Origin: a virus
Lineage: Duplodnaviria; Caudoviricetes
DNA length: 58,780 bases
Strand: one strand, 5' to 3'
IMG/VR virus record: IMGVR_UViG_3300008459_000049
Span: 1-58,780 of that record
Numbering within the stretch: the first letter of the stretch is position 1; each line of letters begins with the position of its first letter. A program made the translations under genes and the position numbers. Below, one piece after another: positions 11,432 through 21,928 of this stretch. The notes beneath the pieces are model-generated. The model did not search any database and had not been told where the DNA came from. It worked only from the letters and a program-made list of their open reading frames with translations.

Positions 11432-12848
11432 CCTTAAACTTAAATGTGTCTGGGAATTCTATTAAATTTATTCCGTCGTATCTAGCTAGTTTTATTCCAT
11501 AAGTATATTGTTCTTCTAGTAAGGACATATCTAAATCAAAATAATTTCCCGTTGAATCATAGGAAGTTTTTGTGTAAGCTAATGATCCAGTAGAATAATC
11601 TACGACAACATAATTATCGCTCAATCTAAAAATTTTGTAATATAAATCTTGTAAACATGTATTTTCTATTGTATTATATGCTTTTGTATATATTGTTGGT
11701 TGCCAATCAGTCTGTCTTGCAAAAATATTAAATCTCATAACTTCAGAATTAGTATAAGAGCCTTTATTATTTATTATATTAACTACATATTCATCTAGTG
11801 AATTTGTGTCACTATTTGTTCTCTGTAAAACATCTATAGAGCTATAAAAATAATTTCCGGCAGTACTAAACCATTGATCATATAAAACACTTGCAGTTGT
11901 ATCAACAATAATCTCAGCTTTATAAACTCCAGCAGAAGGGTTAGTTACTTGAACAAAATCTGGTGTTATTTCGTTTGTTCTTGCTTCGTTGGTGAATAAA
12001 CTTATTTCTACTGTTGGATTTCCTACAATATTTTTTAATCTTCCGTTTACTTTATTGTAGAAATAAATACACATTGTGTTATCGGAATCCGATAAGGCAT
12101 CACTTTTAGCATAAAAGTTGCCTCTATCATCAGTATTTATTGCTTCCCATCTTGCCTCTAGCGCTGGTCTACGAAAAAAGAATTCACTGCTTCTTGCTGA
12201 GAATTTTTTTGTATAAAAACTTCTTTTTAGAGTACCATCCTCAAAAGAGCCAGAGAGTTTTATTAAAAAACCATTATTTGGAAGCGTACCAGAGATCCAC
12301 TCTTCAACAAGATCAGTAACGTCTAGATCTATATCTTCTATTCCTGTATCAAAATTATATTCTAAATTATATTCGCTATTTGTATAAGAGCCTGGTGTTT
12401 GCCATAATGATCCACTTTGTGCATATTGCCAAGTAGCACCGTTTCCATTGTCTACTGTTGACTTCCATCCTAGATCAGTGTAGTTTTCCATATCTAATCC
12501 ATAACCTTCATCCCAACTTTTTGTTACATTTGAAATATGTACTTTATAATTTTTTGGTAGAGTATATGGATGCTTTACGTTAAACATTCTTAAAAAGAAC
12601 TTCATACTTCCAGATTGTGGAACTTTTGAAATTGCTCTATCTGATATAATATTTTCTATTGGAAACTGTATAAGAATTCTACTTTTTTCTGGCTCAAGAG
12701 TAGCATTACTTAGTCTGTTGTATACAGAAAAAATCTCAAGCGAGTCTGCTGCGCCTATATTTGCGTCTTCAGCTCTTTCTATTAAATTATTTCTAAAGGC
12801 ATTTGTTATTGTAGTGTCTTTATTTGCTATATATCTTTTAATTGACAT
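11424..12848 (-). CDS. Virion protein with DNRLRE-like beta-sandwich N-terminal domain
   Basis: 474 aa. Motif pattern KDTTI..NIGAADSLEI..SRILIQF..WDEG.G..DVTDLVEEW..NNGFLIK..RPALE. Overlaps both neighbouring baseplate genes. Confidence 0.55.
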   Translation of the reverse strand: MSIKRYIANKDTTITNAFRNNLIERAEDANIGAADSLEIFSVYNRLSNATLEPEKSRILIQFPIENIISDRAISKVPQSGSMKFFLRMFNVKHPYTLPKNYKVHISNVTKSWDEGYGLDMENYTDLGWKSTVDNGNGATWQYAQSGSLWQTPGSYTNSEYNLEYNFDTGIEDIDLDVTDLVEEWISGTLPNNGFLIKLSGSFEDGTLKRSFYTKKFSARSSEFFFRRPALEARWEAINTDDRGNFYAKSDALSDSDNTMCIYFYNKVNGRLKNIVGNPTVEISLFTNEARTNEITPDFVQVTNPSAGVYKAEIIVDTTASVLYDQWFSTAGNYFYSSIDVLQRTNSDTNSLDEYVVNIINNKGSYTNSEVMRFNIFARQTDWQPTIYTKAYNTIENTCLQDLYYKIFRLSDNYVVVDYSTGSLAYTKTSYDSTGNYFDLDMSLLEEQYTYGIKLARYDGINLIEFPDTFKFKVG

Positions 12849-14647
12849 TATAATATTGTTCCTTTAATATCAGATACTGGAAACTTTAATTCCATAACTG
12901 CGTTTAATGGAACCTTTACGTATCTCTTGTCAGCTGTTAAATTTTCTTCTATATTAAAATTACTGAGAGAATAGTTTCCTCCGTTTTTTGAAGTTATTCT
13001 TACGCTAACAACATCAAGTATCGATGGGACTTTTTTCAAAGCAAGTAAAATATTGTTTACCATAAACGGTTCGCCAAACTCTGGTAATATAGAAAAATCT
13101 TTTCTTAATTGTTCTAAAGCATCTGATAAAGTATCATATTTAGACTTATCTGGTGATCCAATAGCTATAAATTCTATACCATAATTTATAATTTTACCAT
13201 CAAGTATATCTATTGTATCATTTAACATTTTACTCTTTTCTATCCAATGTTTTAAATTATTTTTAACAATTTGGTTTGAAGAAGTTAAAAGACCATCAGA
13301 ATCTTCCGATAAGACATATAAATTTAAATTTCTTTTAAGTGAATTTTCGTCTTTAATGACTGAAACTCTTTTTATAGATCCAAATTTTGCTGGCATAGCA
13401 TAGGATAATGCTTTATAGTCACTCTCTGTTACTGCTCTATTTTGCATAGAGAAAGAGTTTTTTATTCTTATTTTTAATTCCTCTGTATTAAAATCAGAGA
13501 CATCTCCAAGTATTGGAGATTCATTTGTTACTTCTACACTTTTTTTAACAACTTCTACCATATCTTTATTTAAGTTTTGTTCATCTTTAAATGAAAAATC
13601 ATAATAAAGAACCGTATTTAATGCATCTGTTCCAAAATTAACAGATTTAGTAGAATCATTTTTTCTGTAAACTATTGTTAAAATAGTATTAGATGGAGCG
13701 ATACCCAACTTATCATTGTTTAATAGTCTAGAGGGGTCAAAGGAATCGCTTGAAATATAATCTTTTCCATGAAGCTGTAAAATTGCTTTTGAGGGATCAG
13801 CGAAAAAATTATTATTTTCGATTTCAACTTCTGCACTTGCTCCAAACTGGAGGTATGTTTTACCGAGCAAAGTTTCGCTAGTAAACCTTCTTGGAACAAG
13901 GTATGGTTTTAGAATTTCTTTGGCTGTTTTTGAAGTTTCTGTATCTTTATTTGTAACTGATTTAAAGATAACATTTTGCGAGAGATAATCTACTTCATAA
14001 TAATCATTACCTTCAGAATCAGTTACGGTTAAAATTTCAACAATATTTGGATCAGAAAGCTCTATTTTTAGAAATTTTTGATATTCACCAATAGTTATTC
14101 TTTCTGTTTTAATATCACCAGAAACAACTCTTCCATATGCTTTTATACCATAATAGGTTGTTGAGCCGTTTCCATCATCTTTTATGGCTCTTTTTTCATT
14201 TCTTACATCATCAAACCTAACATCCTCATTTAAAATAAATCTTGTTCTATCGGAAGTTCCTAAAATTGTACCCTTTTTTAATATTGGAGCATAATTTAAA
14301 TCTGGACCAAGCCCGACTGAAACAGCTGGAACTGTTATATAAAAAGAAGCAATACCAGAAGAAGTATAACCATTGTTATACTTAAATCCCATTTGTTTTG
14401 CAATTTTTAATATATTAGAAAATTCTGAGGCTGTTTCTAAAAATGATTCATTCGCTTGATAATCCAAATAAAAAGATAATATGTCTCCAACATATGCTAC
14501 AGTGTCTAGCATTAAGGAGCCAAAACCACCCTCGTTAAAGTCTTTGTATGTATTAGGATAATATCTTTTAGCGTGCTCTATTAGATCGTTTTTTATTTTT
14601 TCAAAATCACGACTTGTATATTTTATTGGAATTATTTTTTTTGCCAT
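12848..14647 (-). CDS. Baseplate wedge subunit (T4 gp6 / baseplate J-like)
   Basis: 599 aa. YTSRDFEKIK..DFNEGGFG.LMLD..AYVGDILSFYLD.QANESFLETA and C-terminal QNRAVTESDY are typical of gp6-like wedges. Adjacent to the gp25-like gene. Confidence 0.85.
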   Translation of the reverse strand: MAKKIIPIKYTSRDFEKIKNDLIEHAKRYYPNTYKDFNEGGFGSLMLDTVAYVGDILSFYLDYQANESFLETASEFSNILKIAKQMGFKYNNGYTSSGIASFYITVPAVSVGLGPDLNYAPILKKGTILGTSDRTRFILNEDVRFDDVRNEKRAIKDDGNGSTTYYGIKAYGRVVSGDIKTERITIGEYQKFLKIELSDPNIVEILTVTDSEGNDYYEVDYLSQNVIFKSVTNKDTETSKTAKEILKPYLVPRRFTSETLLGKTYLQFGASAEVEIENNNFFADPSKAILQLHGKDYISSDSFDPSRLLNNDKLGIAPSNTILTIVYRKNDSTKSVNFGTDALNTVLYYDFSFKDEQNLNKDMVEVVKKSVEVTNESPILGDVSDFNTEELKIRIKNSFSMQNRAVTESDYKALSYAMPAKFGSIKRVSVIKDENSLKRNLNLYVLSEDSDGLLTSSNQIVKNNLKHWIEKSKMLNDTIDILDGKIINYGIEFIAIGSPDKSKYDTLSDALEQLRKDFSILPEFGEPFMVNNILLALKKVPSILDVVSVRITSKNGGNYSLSNFNIEENLTADKRYVKVPLNAVMELKFPVSDIKGTIL

Positions 14648-14665
14648 ATGTCTTCCCTCTAGACA

Positions 14666-15046
14666 TTAATTAGGCATAAGTAATAAATTTATCTGATCTT
14701 CGTTTTGGAAATTGTTTATATAATAACTTATTTTTAAGTTTATTCCAACTTCGCTATTAGCCATTTCTGATATTTCTATATTTGTAATTTTTAAAAATTT
14801 CATATAGTTAGCAACTTGACTGTTAATTCTTGAAATAATTTGTGTATTAACTTCTTTTACTTTTTGTTCAAAAAGATATTTTTTTATTCCAACACCATAA
14901 TCAGGCAGCATCATCCTTTCGCCTGGATTGGTTAATAAAAGCATTTTAAAATCCTGCTTTATTGATTCAAGAGCTGTTTTGTTCATCGTGAACAAACCAT
15001 CTTGAGAATCTTTTATTAGTGGCAATTTTGGTGAGTATCCCTGCAT
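14666..15046 (-). CDS. Baseplate wedge / sheath initiator, gp25-like (GPW_gp25)
   Basis: 126 aa with the LLLTNPGERMMLPDYGVG signature. Implies a contractile tail. Confidence 0.9.
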   Translation of the reverse strand: MQGYSPKLPLIKDSQDGLFTMNKTALESIKQDFKMLLLTNPGERMMLPDYGVGIKKYLFEQKVKEVNTQIISRINSQVANYMKFLKITNIEISEMANSEVGINLKISYYINNFQNEDQINLLLMPN

Positions 15047-15057
15047 TTTATTTTTCC

Positions 15058-18000
15058 TTACCAGTCATTTGAATAATAATTTGGAGTAAAATCATCTTTT
15101 ATTATTTTTATTTGTGGTGCTGGTTGAGCTGGTGGATCTGTCCAATCAGCAGATTCTCGACCTTGAGGCTGTGGTCCTTCTTCTGGCATATAAAGTTGCT
15201 GCTGTGGAGGTGGTTCTGCTAAATATTCATCTAGAGAAGCCGCTCCAGCAGGTTGTGAAAGCGGACCAGCTGAAGTTATAACTTGCGTAATTGGACCATC
15301 TGAAAATATTTGTCTTTCTATCATTGGACCAGTTCTTCTAGATTCAACATTATTTATATAATAATTATTTTTATCTAAAATTAATTTATCTTCATTTTTT
15401 ACGTCAGAACATTCTGTATTACTATCATTTTCAGCTACTTGCTCAAGTTCTTTATTTTTCTCTTTATCGCTTTCATCTTGATACCACAAACCAGAAAGAT
15501 AATAAATAGTATTTAATGGATTAAAGCAAAATACTGGATTGGCTGTTGCTGTAGCAATAGTTGCCATAGGTAATCCTATACCTGGTATCGTTATGGAAGA
15601 AATATCAGGAATAATTGTTTTAAGAGCCTTATAAGTACCAGAGCTTATGGCAACGTTTGGATCTGATCCTTCTATAAATCCTTTTACTATATCAAAAGGA
15701 GTTTTAATTAAAGATTGTAAAATAAATGTTCCAACAATTGAAAATGGATTTGAGTTTTCTATCTCTTGTTGATTATTTGGGTCTGGTATAATTGGTTGCC
15801 CACCAGATGTAACAATTTTAGCTGTCTGAGTTGATAGTTTTTTAGTGCCGGTAAAAGCCACCATTGTTTCTGGTTTTGTCATCCCAGAAAAAACATTTGC
15901 CATAAATAAAATTGATATATATTTTTTTATTGGAAAAATATGCTCAAATACTAATCTAAAGATTGGATTGCCGTCATTAAAATCATTAATATCGCCTTCG
16001 AAAATTAATAATTTTTTATTTTTAATAAAAGGAGTTTCTGATGCAAATTCTTCAAAGGCATTATTTTGTACATATGACTGCGGGGCCGTCTGTATGCCTT
16101 CGTATGTAGCTATTAAAAATAATTGTTTAGTTTCATCACTATATTCAAAAATATTATTAAAGTTTATAATATTTGATAATTCTTTATAAGAATTCCATCT
16201 TTTTAGACCTATTTGGATATCCGCGTATGGAGGAGAGTTTTTCATCTCTCCTAATTTATTATTTGTATCCTCTAAAATTCTTTTTGCTAATTTTGGAAAT
16301 GAGTGAACAGTTAATTCATTTAAAATAAAATTTTTAAATAATTGTTTTTTCTCTTCTTTGCTTAAATCTCTTTTTTCTAAATCTTGTTTTGTATAAATTC
16401 TTTCAAGATAAGACATGAGAATGTCGTAATATGTTTTATCATGCAATTTTAATTCTATTTCAACCAAAGAAGATATAAAATCTAAAGTTAAATTATCATC
16501 TCTTAATACTTGAGGATCAAAATATCCAAAAACACCAAGTCCTCTTAGCATAATATCATCTATAAACATTCGTATAGTTAATTTATGCAAAGAAGATAAA
16601 ATAATATTTTGATTATCGTCAGTTTCAAGATTTTTTAATTCAGAAGATGAAATAGATTTATTCTTAGTAATATGTTCAGACATAACTATATCACTACAAG
16701 AAGATTTTTTCTTGCCGTCAATAGCTTCGTTTTTTAAATCATCTATATCAAGATAATTTGGTCTGACTTTACAAGCAATCTGTTTATCAGTCTGTTTTAA
16801 TTTTATTTGAAAAAAATCTGTATATGGAACAACTATTGGTTTTGGTGGACTTTCTTTGCTTTCTTTATTTTTTGCATCTTTTAAGATTACTTCATTTAAT
16901 TTTATAGTATCTAAAAATATATTTTCTCGCAAAACAGAGTCTGCAATAGATGTACGTATTTTTCTAGTTACATTTTCATACTGCTTGTCTATTTCGTATA
17001 ACTGAAAATTGTCGTTTAGTTCTATATTCTTACTTATAAGAAATTTTTCAAAAACCTCTTTTAAAATTATAAAATTATTATTTACCCCAGCACCTTTAAC
17101 AATTTTTTCAACTTCAGAGTCAAGCACGGAATAATCTTCTATCTGGATAAAGCTTTTTAAATTATTTTGTATATTTAAGCTCCAAAAGCTTTTCATTCTT
17201 CCGTCATCCGGAAAATCACCAGTTATTATATCTTTATATAATATATTAAAATCTGGGTATTTTATTGTTGATTTAAATGCAACTCTATAATAACCTTCCA
17301 CTTTATCATAATGGCTTATAGTTTCGTTTAATTTTATAATTAATTCATCAGAAAGCGCCGTAGAAGTTTTACTTGCTACGACTTTATTCATTTCTCTTAT
17401 AAATGATTCAAAGTTAGTTCTTTCGTCTTTTATAAATTTTGCGACAGATAGATAAGTAGAAACTCCATTTTTTTCTAAATAATCAACATCGATAGAATTT
17501 GGACTGTCGATTGCTTTTAGGAAGTCATCTATTTTTGATTCAACTTTTCTATTATCTTTAATTCTTGCAAAGTCATCTAGTTTTGCTAATTTTTTAAATA
17601 TAGCATTCCAATTTGAGGCTGGGTCTTCCGCATATTTCATGACTATATCGGTTGCAGTATATAATAAATAAATATCAAATAATCCAAAAAAGCCAGATAA
17701 GAATAATTTTAAGTTTTCATTAGCTATATTAACATTTTCTCTTAAAATGCCATCAATTAAATTAATATCAAGTTGTTCTTGTAATTTTCCACTTATAGAT
17801 ACTTTGTGATTTAAACTGATATCTTCATAAATTTGATATTCTGTATCTTGCTCTGCTATTTCTCTATTTGTTATTTTATTTAAAATATTTTTAAATATAT
17901 AGTGAGGCAATATTTCTGATTCTTGGGCAAGCTCGTTGTCTTGCTTTAAATCATCTTGAGTTGGTTTTTTAGCTTGAATTTGTAGATCTTTGAATTCTAA

Positions 18001-21000
18001 TAAGGTAGGGCTTTTTTTTCTAACAGAATAAAGAGTCTTTTTCCAAGTGTTTGAATCTGAGTCAAAAGATTCATAGATATCATCTACTACTGAGTTCATC
18101 ATAGACTTAAAAGAATCAACCCTAATAGTTGGATCTATTGCCCCAGGTGTATAAGTTCCATCATCATTTTTTTTACACAAAGCACTTGGAAAATTAGAAA
18201 CATCAAAAGGAGTGTCTGAATCTAAAAATTTTAATATTTCTTCTACATCTTTTTTTTCTTTTTCTTTTAAATCGTTTAAAATAGCTTCAACTACTTCAGA
18301 TGGTAAACCTTTATTGCTTGCTATTATCTCTCTCGCCTTTTGTTTTGTACCGTCGTCGCATTTATTTTCTGGATTATTGTTCTCTACTTGCTGATCTGGG
18401 CAAATACTTTTTAGTTGAGTTTCTCCTAAAATTGTAGCTATTTTAGAAAAAAATAATTTAATATCATCATGTGAAGTTAATTTTTTAGAAATATCAGGGT
18501 TTTTAATTCTTATTACATTTAGTATTTCATCATAGACATCAGCATTTGCATTTTTACCATTTAATAATTGACAAATCTCTCCAGTTGTTAATAAACAAAG
18601 AAGATTAGAAACAAGATCTTTTATTTTATCTCTAGCTTGTTTTTTATCTTTTTCATCTATATCTCCAAATATATCTTTTAATAGACTATCAGCGTTTTCG
18701 TTTTCAAAATTAGGAGAATTACTTAATCCATCTAAAAGTGCATTATTCGGTAAACCATTTTGCGCCTCTTCTTCATTTTTTTGATCTAAACAATTTTTTA
18801 TTGCTAATTTAATTAATGCTTCTGAAGTCTTATTTAATATATCTATAATTAATTTTACAAAATATTTTTCTAAATCGGAAATAAGGTCAGCATTTGGATC
18901 ATAAATAGGAATTTCTGGTAGTTTTAATTCATTAAACTTTTTTAATACTTGTGTAACAAATGGATTACAAACAGAAGAATAAATAAAATCTTCTAGGGCA
19001 CTTTTTGCTTTATTGTATTTATTTAATAAATCACTTAATGTTTGTGCATCTACGTTTTTTGTAGTACAAGCAAGACCAGCAGCAAGAAGGCCAACTATAT
19101 TTGCCTCCTTTCCAGCGTCTATATAAAAATTTGCATATTGAACAGGTGAAGCGTCCGCTGGTGGCTTTTCAAAGCCAAATATTTTACTCCAAGGGCTACC
19201 TAAATCTACAGACATATTAACCAATGCTTTAGATATTTCTGACCCTTCGAATTTAATTTGTGCTTTTTTATCTTGTTTTATTAAATTATTCCATGTATCG
19301 TAAGCAGAAACTATATCGCTTCCAAAATATTCATGAATTTTTTTACCTTGTTCTATTGTAGGATTAATATTTTGCTCTATGCATCTTCCAACATCTAAAG
19401 GCAATGCTGTTATAGAAGTTATTTTAGGATAGTGATTAGTTTCTACCCAGTTAGAAAAAGTAATTTCAACCCCTGCTTTTTTTATATCTTTACCATCAAA
19501 AACACTACCAAAATTTACAGCAGAAGAATAAAGATCAGTTAATTGATTTGATATAGGAGAAAAAAATTGATCTTGCGGAATAGAATTTTTATTAATACTT
19601 TTTATCCACTCACTAATTTCTTTATCATTATAAAGAGTTTGATTAAACTGTGTCAGCGAAAATATTTTTTTATCTACATTTGGTCTATATTCGCCATTTT
19701 TTTCTTTTAATTCATCATAAAAATTTCCAATAGATTGGATTTCTGATAGATATTGCTCTACATATTTTTGTTTAAATTTGCTAATATATCTCTGATAAAT
19801 ATAATTCGTTAATGTTTTTGCTTTTACACACTGTTCTTCAAAAAATGAAAAAAGACCATTTGAAAGCCTAATTTTTTTACCATTAACATCATAAAACTCA
19901 ACTAAAGAAAGATTTTTTTCTTCATCAAATTTAAGAATTAATTTTCCATTCCAATGAGGCATTCTATCAAAATAATTTGAAAACCCTGAGCCACTCAGCA
20001 GATTCCAATAATTTACCCATCTTTCATTCGAACGATCTTTTATTTTTTGTGATTTAAAAAAAGATAAGTCAACTAAATTTGTTGTTTCTTTAAATTGCTT
20101 TATTCTAATATTAGAAAATATTAATTTATTTATCGCTTCATTGAATTCGTCTACTTGCTTTTTACTTTTCAATGGATCAAAGCTGACTTCTGATGGTTCT
20201 ACTCTCCATGTTCGGCTATTATATATTATACTTGTGGCATCTAATATAAGTTTTATATCGTTACAAAGAGTGTTGAATTCTTCATAAGAGCGAAAAACTA
20301 TTTCTTCAAATTTTGGTTCCGGCGGTGGTGTTTCATCGCCATCATCACCTTCATTAGATTCCGCAGTTTGCTCTTGTACCCCATTAGATTCAACGTATCT
20401 CATAGGAACAGATACAACAATTCTTATTGTTGAACACCCTCTCATTGGGACAACAATTTTTTCTGCTACTGCAAAAATATAATATTTATCTTGAAGAGAC
20501 TTCACATATTCTTTTGAAGATTGTTTGCCGTTTTCTTCAAATATAAGCGATAAGCCACCAATAATAGCTTCTTCCATTATTGAATCAAATTGACTATTAT
20601 CTATTTTTTCTTTTTGTGTATCATATAAAACTGCATATGTTCCATTTTTTTGATCTATAATAGGAACATTTATTTTTTGTGAATACCAATCTATTTCATC
20701 AGCAGATTTATTTTTTGCATATACTTCACTATCATTTACTGGGCAAGATTCCCTTGTTTCTTTATAGAGTGGTACAATCTTTTCAGTCTGTACATACCCA
20801 ATTTCTCCAGTATTAGCTTTTTTTACCTTATCCCAAGAAAAATTGAACCCAACTCTTTCTTCTAATACAACAAGAGGAGAGTTTATATCCAAAGGTTCAG
20901 CCAAAACATTATCTTTATCTGGTTCTACATCTGATGGAAAAAAATAAGCACCCTCAACTGACACGTGTTGTGCAACAGCTGGGATTAGTGGTCTTCTTAC

Positions 21001-21018
21001 GTTATCGTAATTGCTCAT
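15058..21018 (-). CDS. Large hypothetical virion protein (hub/tail-associated)
   Basis: 1986-aa ORF between the spike and gp25-like genes. Appears largely helical, with scattered Cys and a Pro/Gln-rich C-terminus. No family recognised. Confidence 0.5.
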   Translation of the reverse strand: MSNYDNVRRPLIPAVAQHVSVEGAYFFPSDVEPDKDNVLAEPLDINSPLVVLEERVGFNFSWDKVKKANTGEIGYVQTEKIVPLYKETRESCPVNDSEVYAKNKSADEIDWYSQKINVPIIDQKNGTYAVLYDTQKEKIDNSQFDSIMEEAIIGGLSLIFEENGKQSSKEYVKSLQDKYYIFAVAEKIVVPMRGCSTIRIVVSVPMRYVESNGVQEQTAESNEGDDGDETPPPEPKFEEIVFRSYEEFNTLCNDIKLILDATSIIYNSRTWRVEPSEVSFDPLKSKKQVDEFNEAINKLIFSNIRIKQFKETTNLVDLSFFKSQKIKDRSNERWVNYWNLLSGSGFSNYFDRMPHWNGKLILKFDEEKNLSLVEFYDVNGKKIRLSNGLFSFFEEQCVKAKTLTNYIYQRYISKFKQKYVEQYLSEIQSIGNFYDELKEKNGEYRPNVDKKIFSLTQFNQTLYNDKEISEWIKSINKNSIPQDQFFSPISNQLTDLYSSAVNFGSVFDGKDIKKAGVEITFSNWVETNHYPKITSITALPLDVGRCIEQNINPTIEQGKKIHEYFGSDIVSAYDTWNNLIKQDKKAQIKFEGSEISKALVNMSVDLGSPWSKIFGFEKPPADASPVQYANFYIDAGKEANIVGLLAAGLACTTKNVDAQTLSDLLNKYNKAKSALEDFIYSSVCNPFVTQVLKKFNELKLPEIPIYDPNADLISDLEKYFVKLIIDILNKTSEALIKLAIKNCLDQKNEEEAQNGLPNNALLDGLSNSPNFENENADSLLKDIFGDIDEKDKKQARDKIKDLVSNLLCLLTTGEICQLLNGKNANADVYDEILNVIRIKNPDISKKLTSHDDIKLFFSKIATILGETQLKSICPDQQVENNNPENKCDDGTKQKAREIIASNKGLPSEVVEAILNDLKEKEKKDVEEILKFLDSDTPFDVSNFPSALCKKNDDGTYTPGAIDPTIRVDSFKSMMNSVVDDIYESFDSDSNTWKKTLYSVRKKSPTLLEFKDLQIQAKKPTQDDLKQDNELAQESEILPHYIFKNILNKITNREIAEQDTEYQIYEDISLNHKVSISGKLQEQLDINLIDGILRENVNIANENLKLFLSGFFGLFDIYLLYTATDIVMKYAEDPASNWNAIFKKLAKLDDFARIKDNRKVESKIDDFLKAIDSPNSIDVDYLEKNGVSTYLSVAKFIKDERTNFESFIREMNKVVASKTSTALSDELIIKLNETISHYDKVEGYYRVAFKSTIKYPDFNILYKDIITGDFPDDGRMKSFWSLNIQNNLKSFIQIEDYSVLDSEVEKIVKGAGVNNNFIILKEVFEKFLISKNIELNDNFQLYEIDKQYENVTRKIRTSIADSVLRENIFLDTIKLNEVILKDAKNKESKESPPKPIVVPYTDFFQIKLKQTDKQIACKVRPNYLDIDDLKNEAIDGKKKSSCSDIVMSEHITKNKSISSSELKNLETDDNQNIILSSLHKLTIRMFIDDIMLRGLGVFGYFDPQVLRDDNLTLDFISSLVEIELKLHDKTYYDILMSYLERIYTKQDLEKRDLSKEEKKQLFKNFILNELTVHSFPKLAKRILEDTNNKLGEMKNSPPYADIQIGLKRWNSYKELSNIINFNNIFEYSDETKQLFLIATYEGIQTAPQSYVQNNAFEEFASETPFIKNKKLLIFEGDINDFNDGNPIFRLVFEHIFPIKKYISILFMANVFSGMTKPETMVAFTGTKKLSTQTAKIVTSGGQPIIPDPNNQQEIENSNPFSIVGTFILQSLIKTPFDIVKGFIEGSDPNVAISSGTYKALKTIIPDISSITIPGIGLPMATIATATANPVFCFNPLNTIYYLSGLWYQDESDKEKNKELEQVAENDSNTECSDVKNEDKLILDKNNYYINNVESRRTGPMIERQIFSDGPITQVITSAGPLSQPAGAASLDEYLAEPPPQQQLYMPEEGPQPQGRESADWTDPPAQPAPQIKIIKDDFTPNYYSNDW

Positions 21019-21028
21019 TTATCTTCTC

Positions 21029-21925
21029 TTAATTCAGGAAATGGAAAGTACTATTTATATAGCTTCCGCCAGTAGAAAGTAAATATTTTAATTTATGATT
21101 AATCATTCTAAAGTTATGCGCCGTGATCGCTTGATCGACTTTAAAATTTAATCCAAGTTCATTTGTTTTACCAGATAATATTAACTGCGGAGATAAAAAT
21201 GTTGGTTGTCCATAGAAAGGCGTTGGATGTGTATGCTTTGCTATTTCTCTATTAAAATCTCTTTGAACTTCCATAAAAGCCTTAACTATACCAGACAATT
21301 TGTTAATTTGATTTACTAAATCCGTTAATTCATCTACTAGAAATTTTCCTTTTGGGATAGGCTGAAGTTCTTGCTCTCCAGCGCTTGATATTAACTGTAC
21401 ACCATAATTTGCATCAGGTCTTTCATTATTTGATAAAATAGCGTCAGTTGTTGTTACTAATTTCATAGAGTTTCTTGATATAATTCTTATATCATCAGAT
21501 TTTAATACAATAGCAGCTCTAGCTCTTGAAGTGCCACTTTTACCTGGTGGAAGATTAAAGTTTGAATCTGCATCTGTTTTTTGACTAATATATACTCTTG
21601 ACGCATCAGAAAAAGGATTTGGATTTATTTTATTAGTTATAGTTCTTGCGTCTATTGCTGATAGTCTCCCAACGACTATATCGATCATAGAATCTTTACT
21701 ATGACCTCTTCCTCCATATCCAGAACCTAAGTCTCCCGGCCTATCTCTTCCTAATACAATATAAGAATTATTTTGACCTCTAAAAACAGTTTCGCAGTCT
21801 GCTTTATTGAACGTTGGATTATTCCAAGGTTCACTTAAAACAGTACATGAAACACCTATTTCAGCATTATAATCATAGGTTCCATTTATATTTTCTTCTA
21901 AAGGGGGTCTTAAGATAGCTACCAT
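21029..21925 (-). CDS. Baseplate central spike C-terminal-type protein (gp5C/gpV-like)
   Basis: 298 aa. Beta-rich repeats (GQNNSYIVLGRD, AIVLKSDDIRIISR) and an HTH (HxH) metal-binding motif near the C-terminus, as in phage spike tips. Baseplate context. Confidence 0.6.
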   Translation of the reverse strand: MVAILRPPLEENINGTYDYNAEIGVSCTVLSEPWNNPTFNKADCETVFRGQNNSYIVLGRDRPGDLGSGYGGRGHSKDSMIDIVVGRLSAIDARTITNKINPNPFSDASRVYISQKTDADSNFNLPPGKSGTSRARAAIVLKSDDIRIISRNSMKLVTTTDAILSNNERPDANYGVQLISSAGEQELQPIPKGKFLVDELTDLVNQINKLSGIVKAFMEVQRDFNREIAKHTHPTPFYGQPTFLSPQLILSGKTNELGLNFKVDQAITAHNFRMINHKLKYLLSTGGSYINSTFHFLN

Positions 21926-21928
21926 GCC

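Noticed and set aside
20760-20900. SH3-like domain at the N-terminus of the 1986-aa protein
   Set aside because: Only a short WxKV..GxxGYV match, too weak to call without a profile search.
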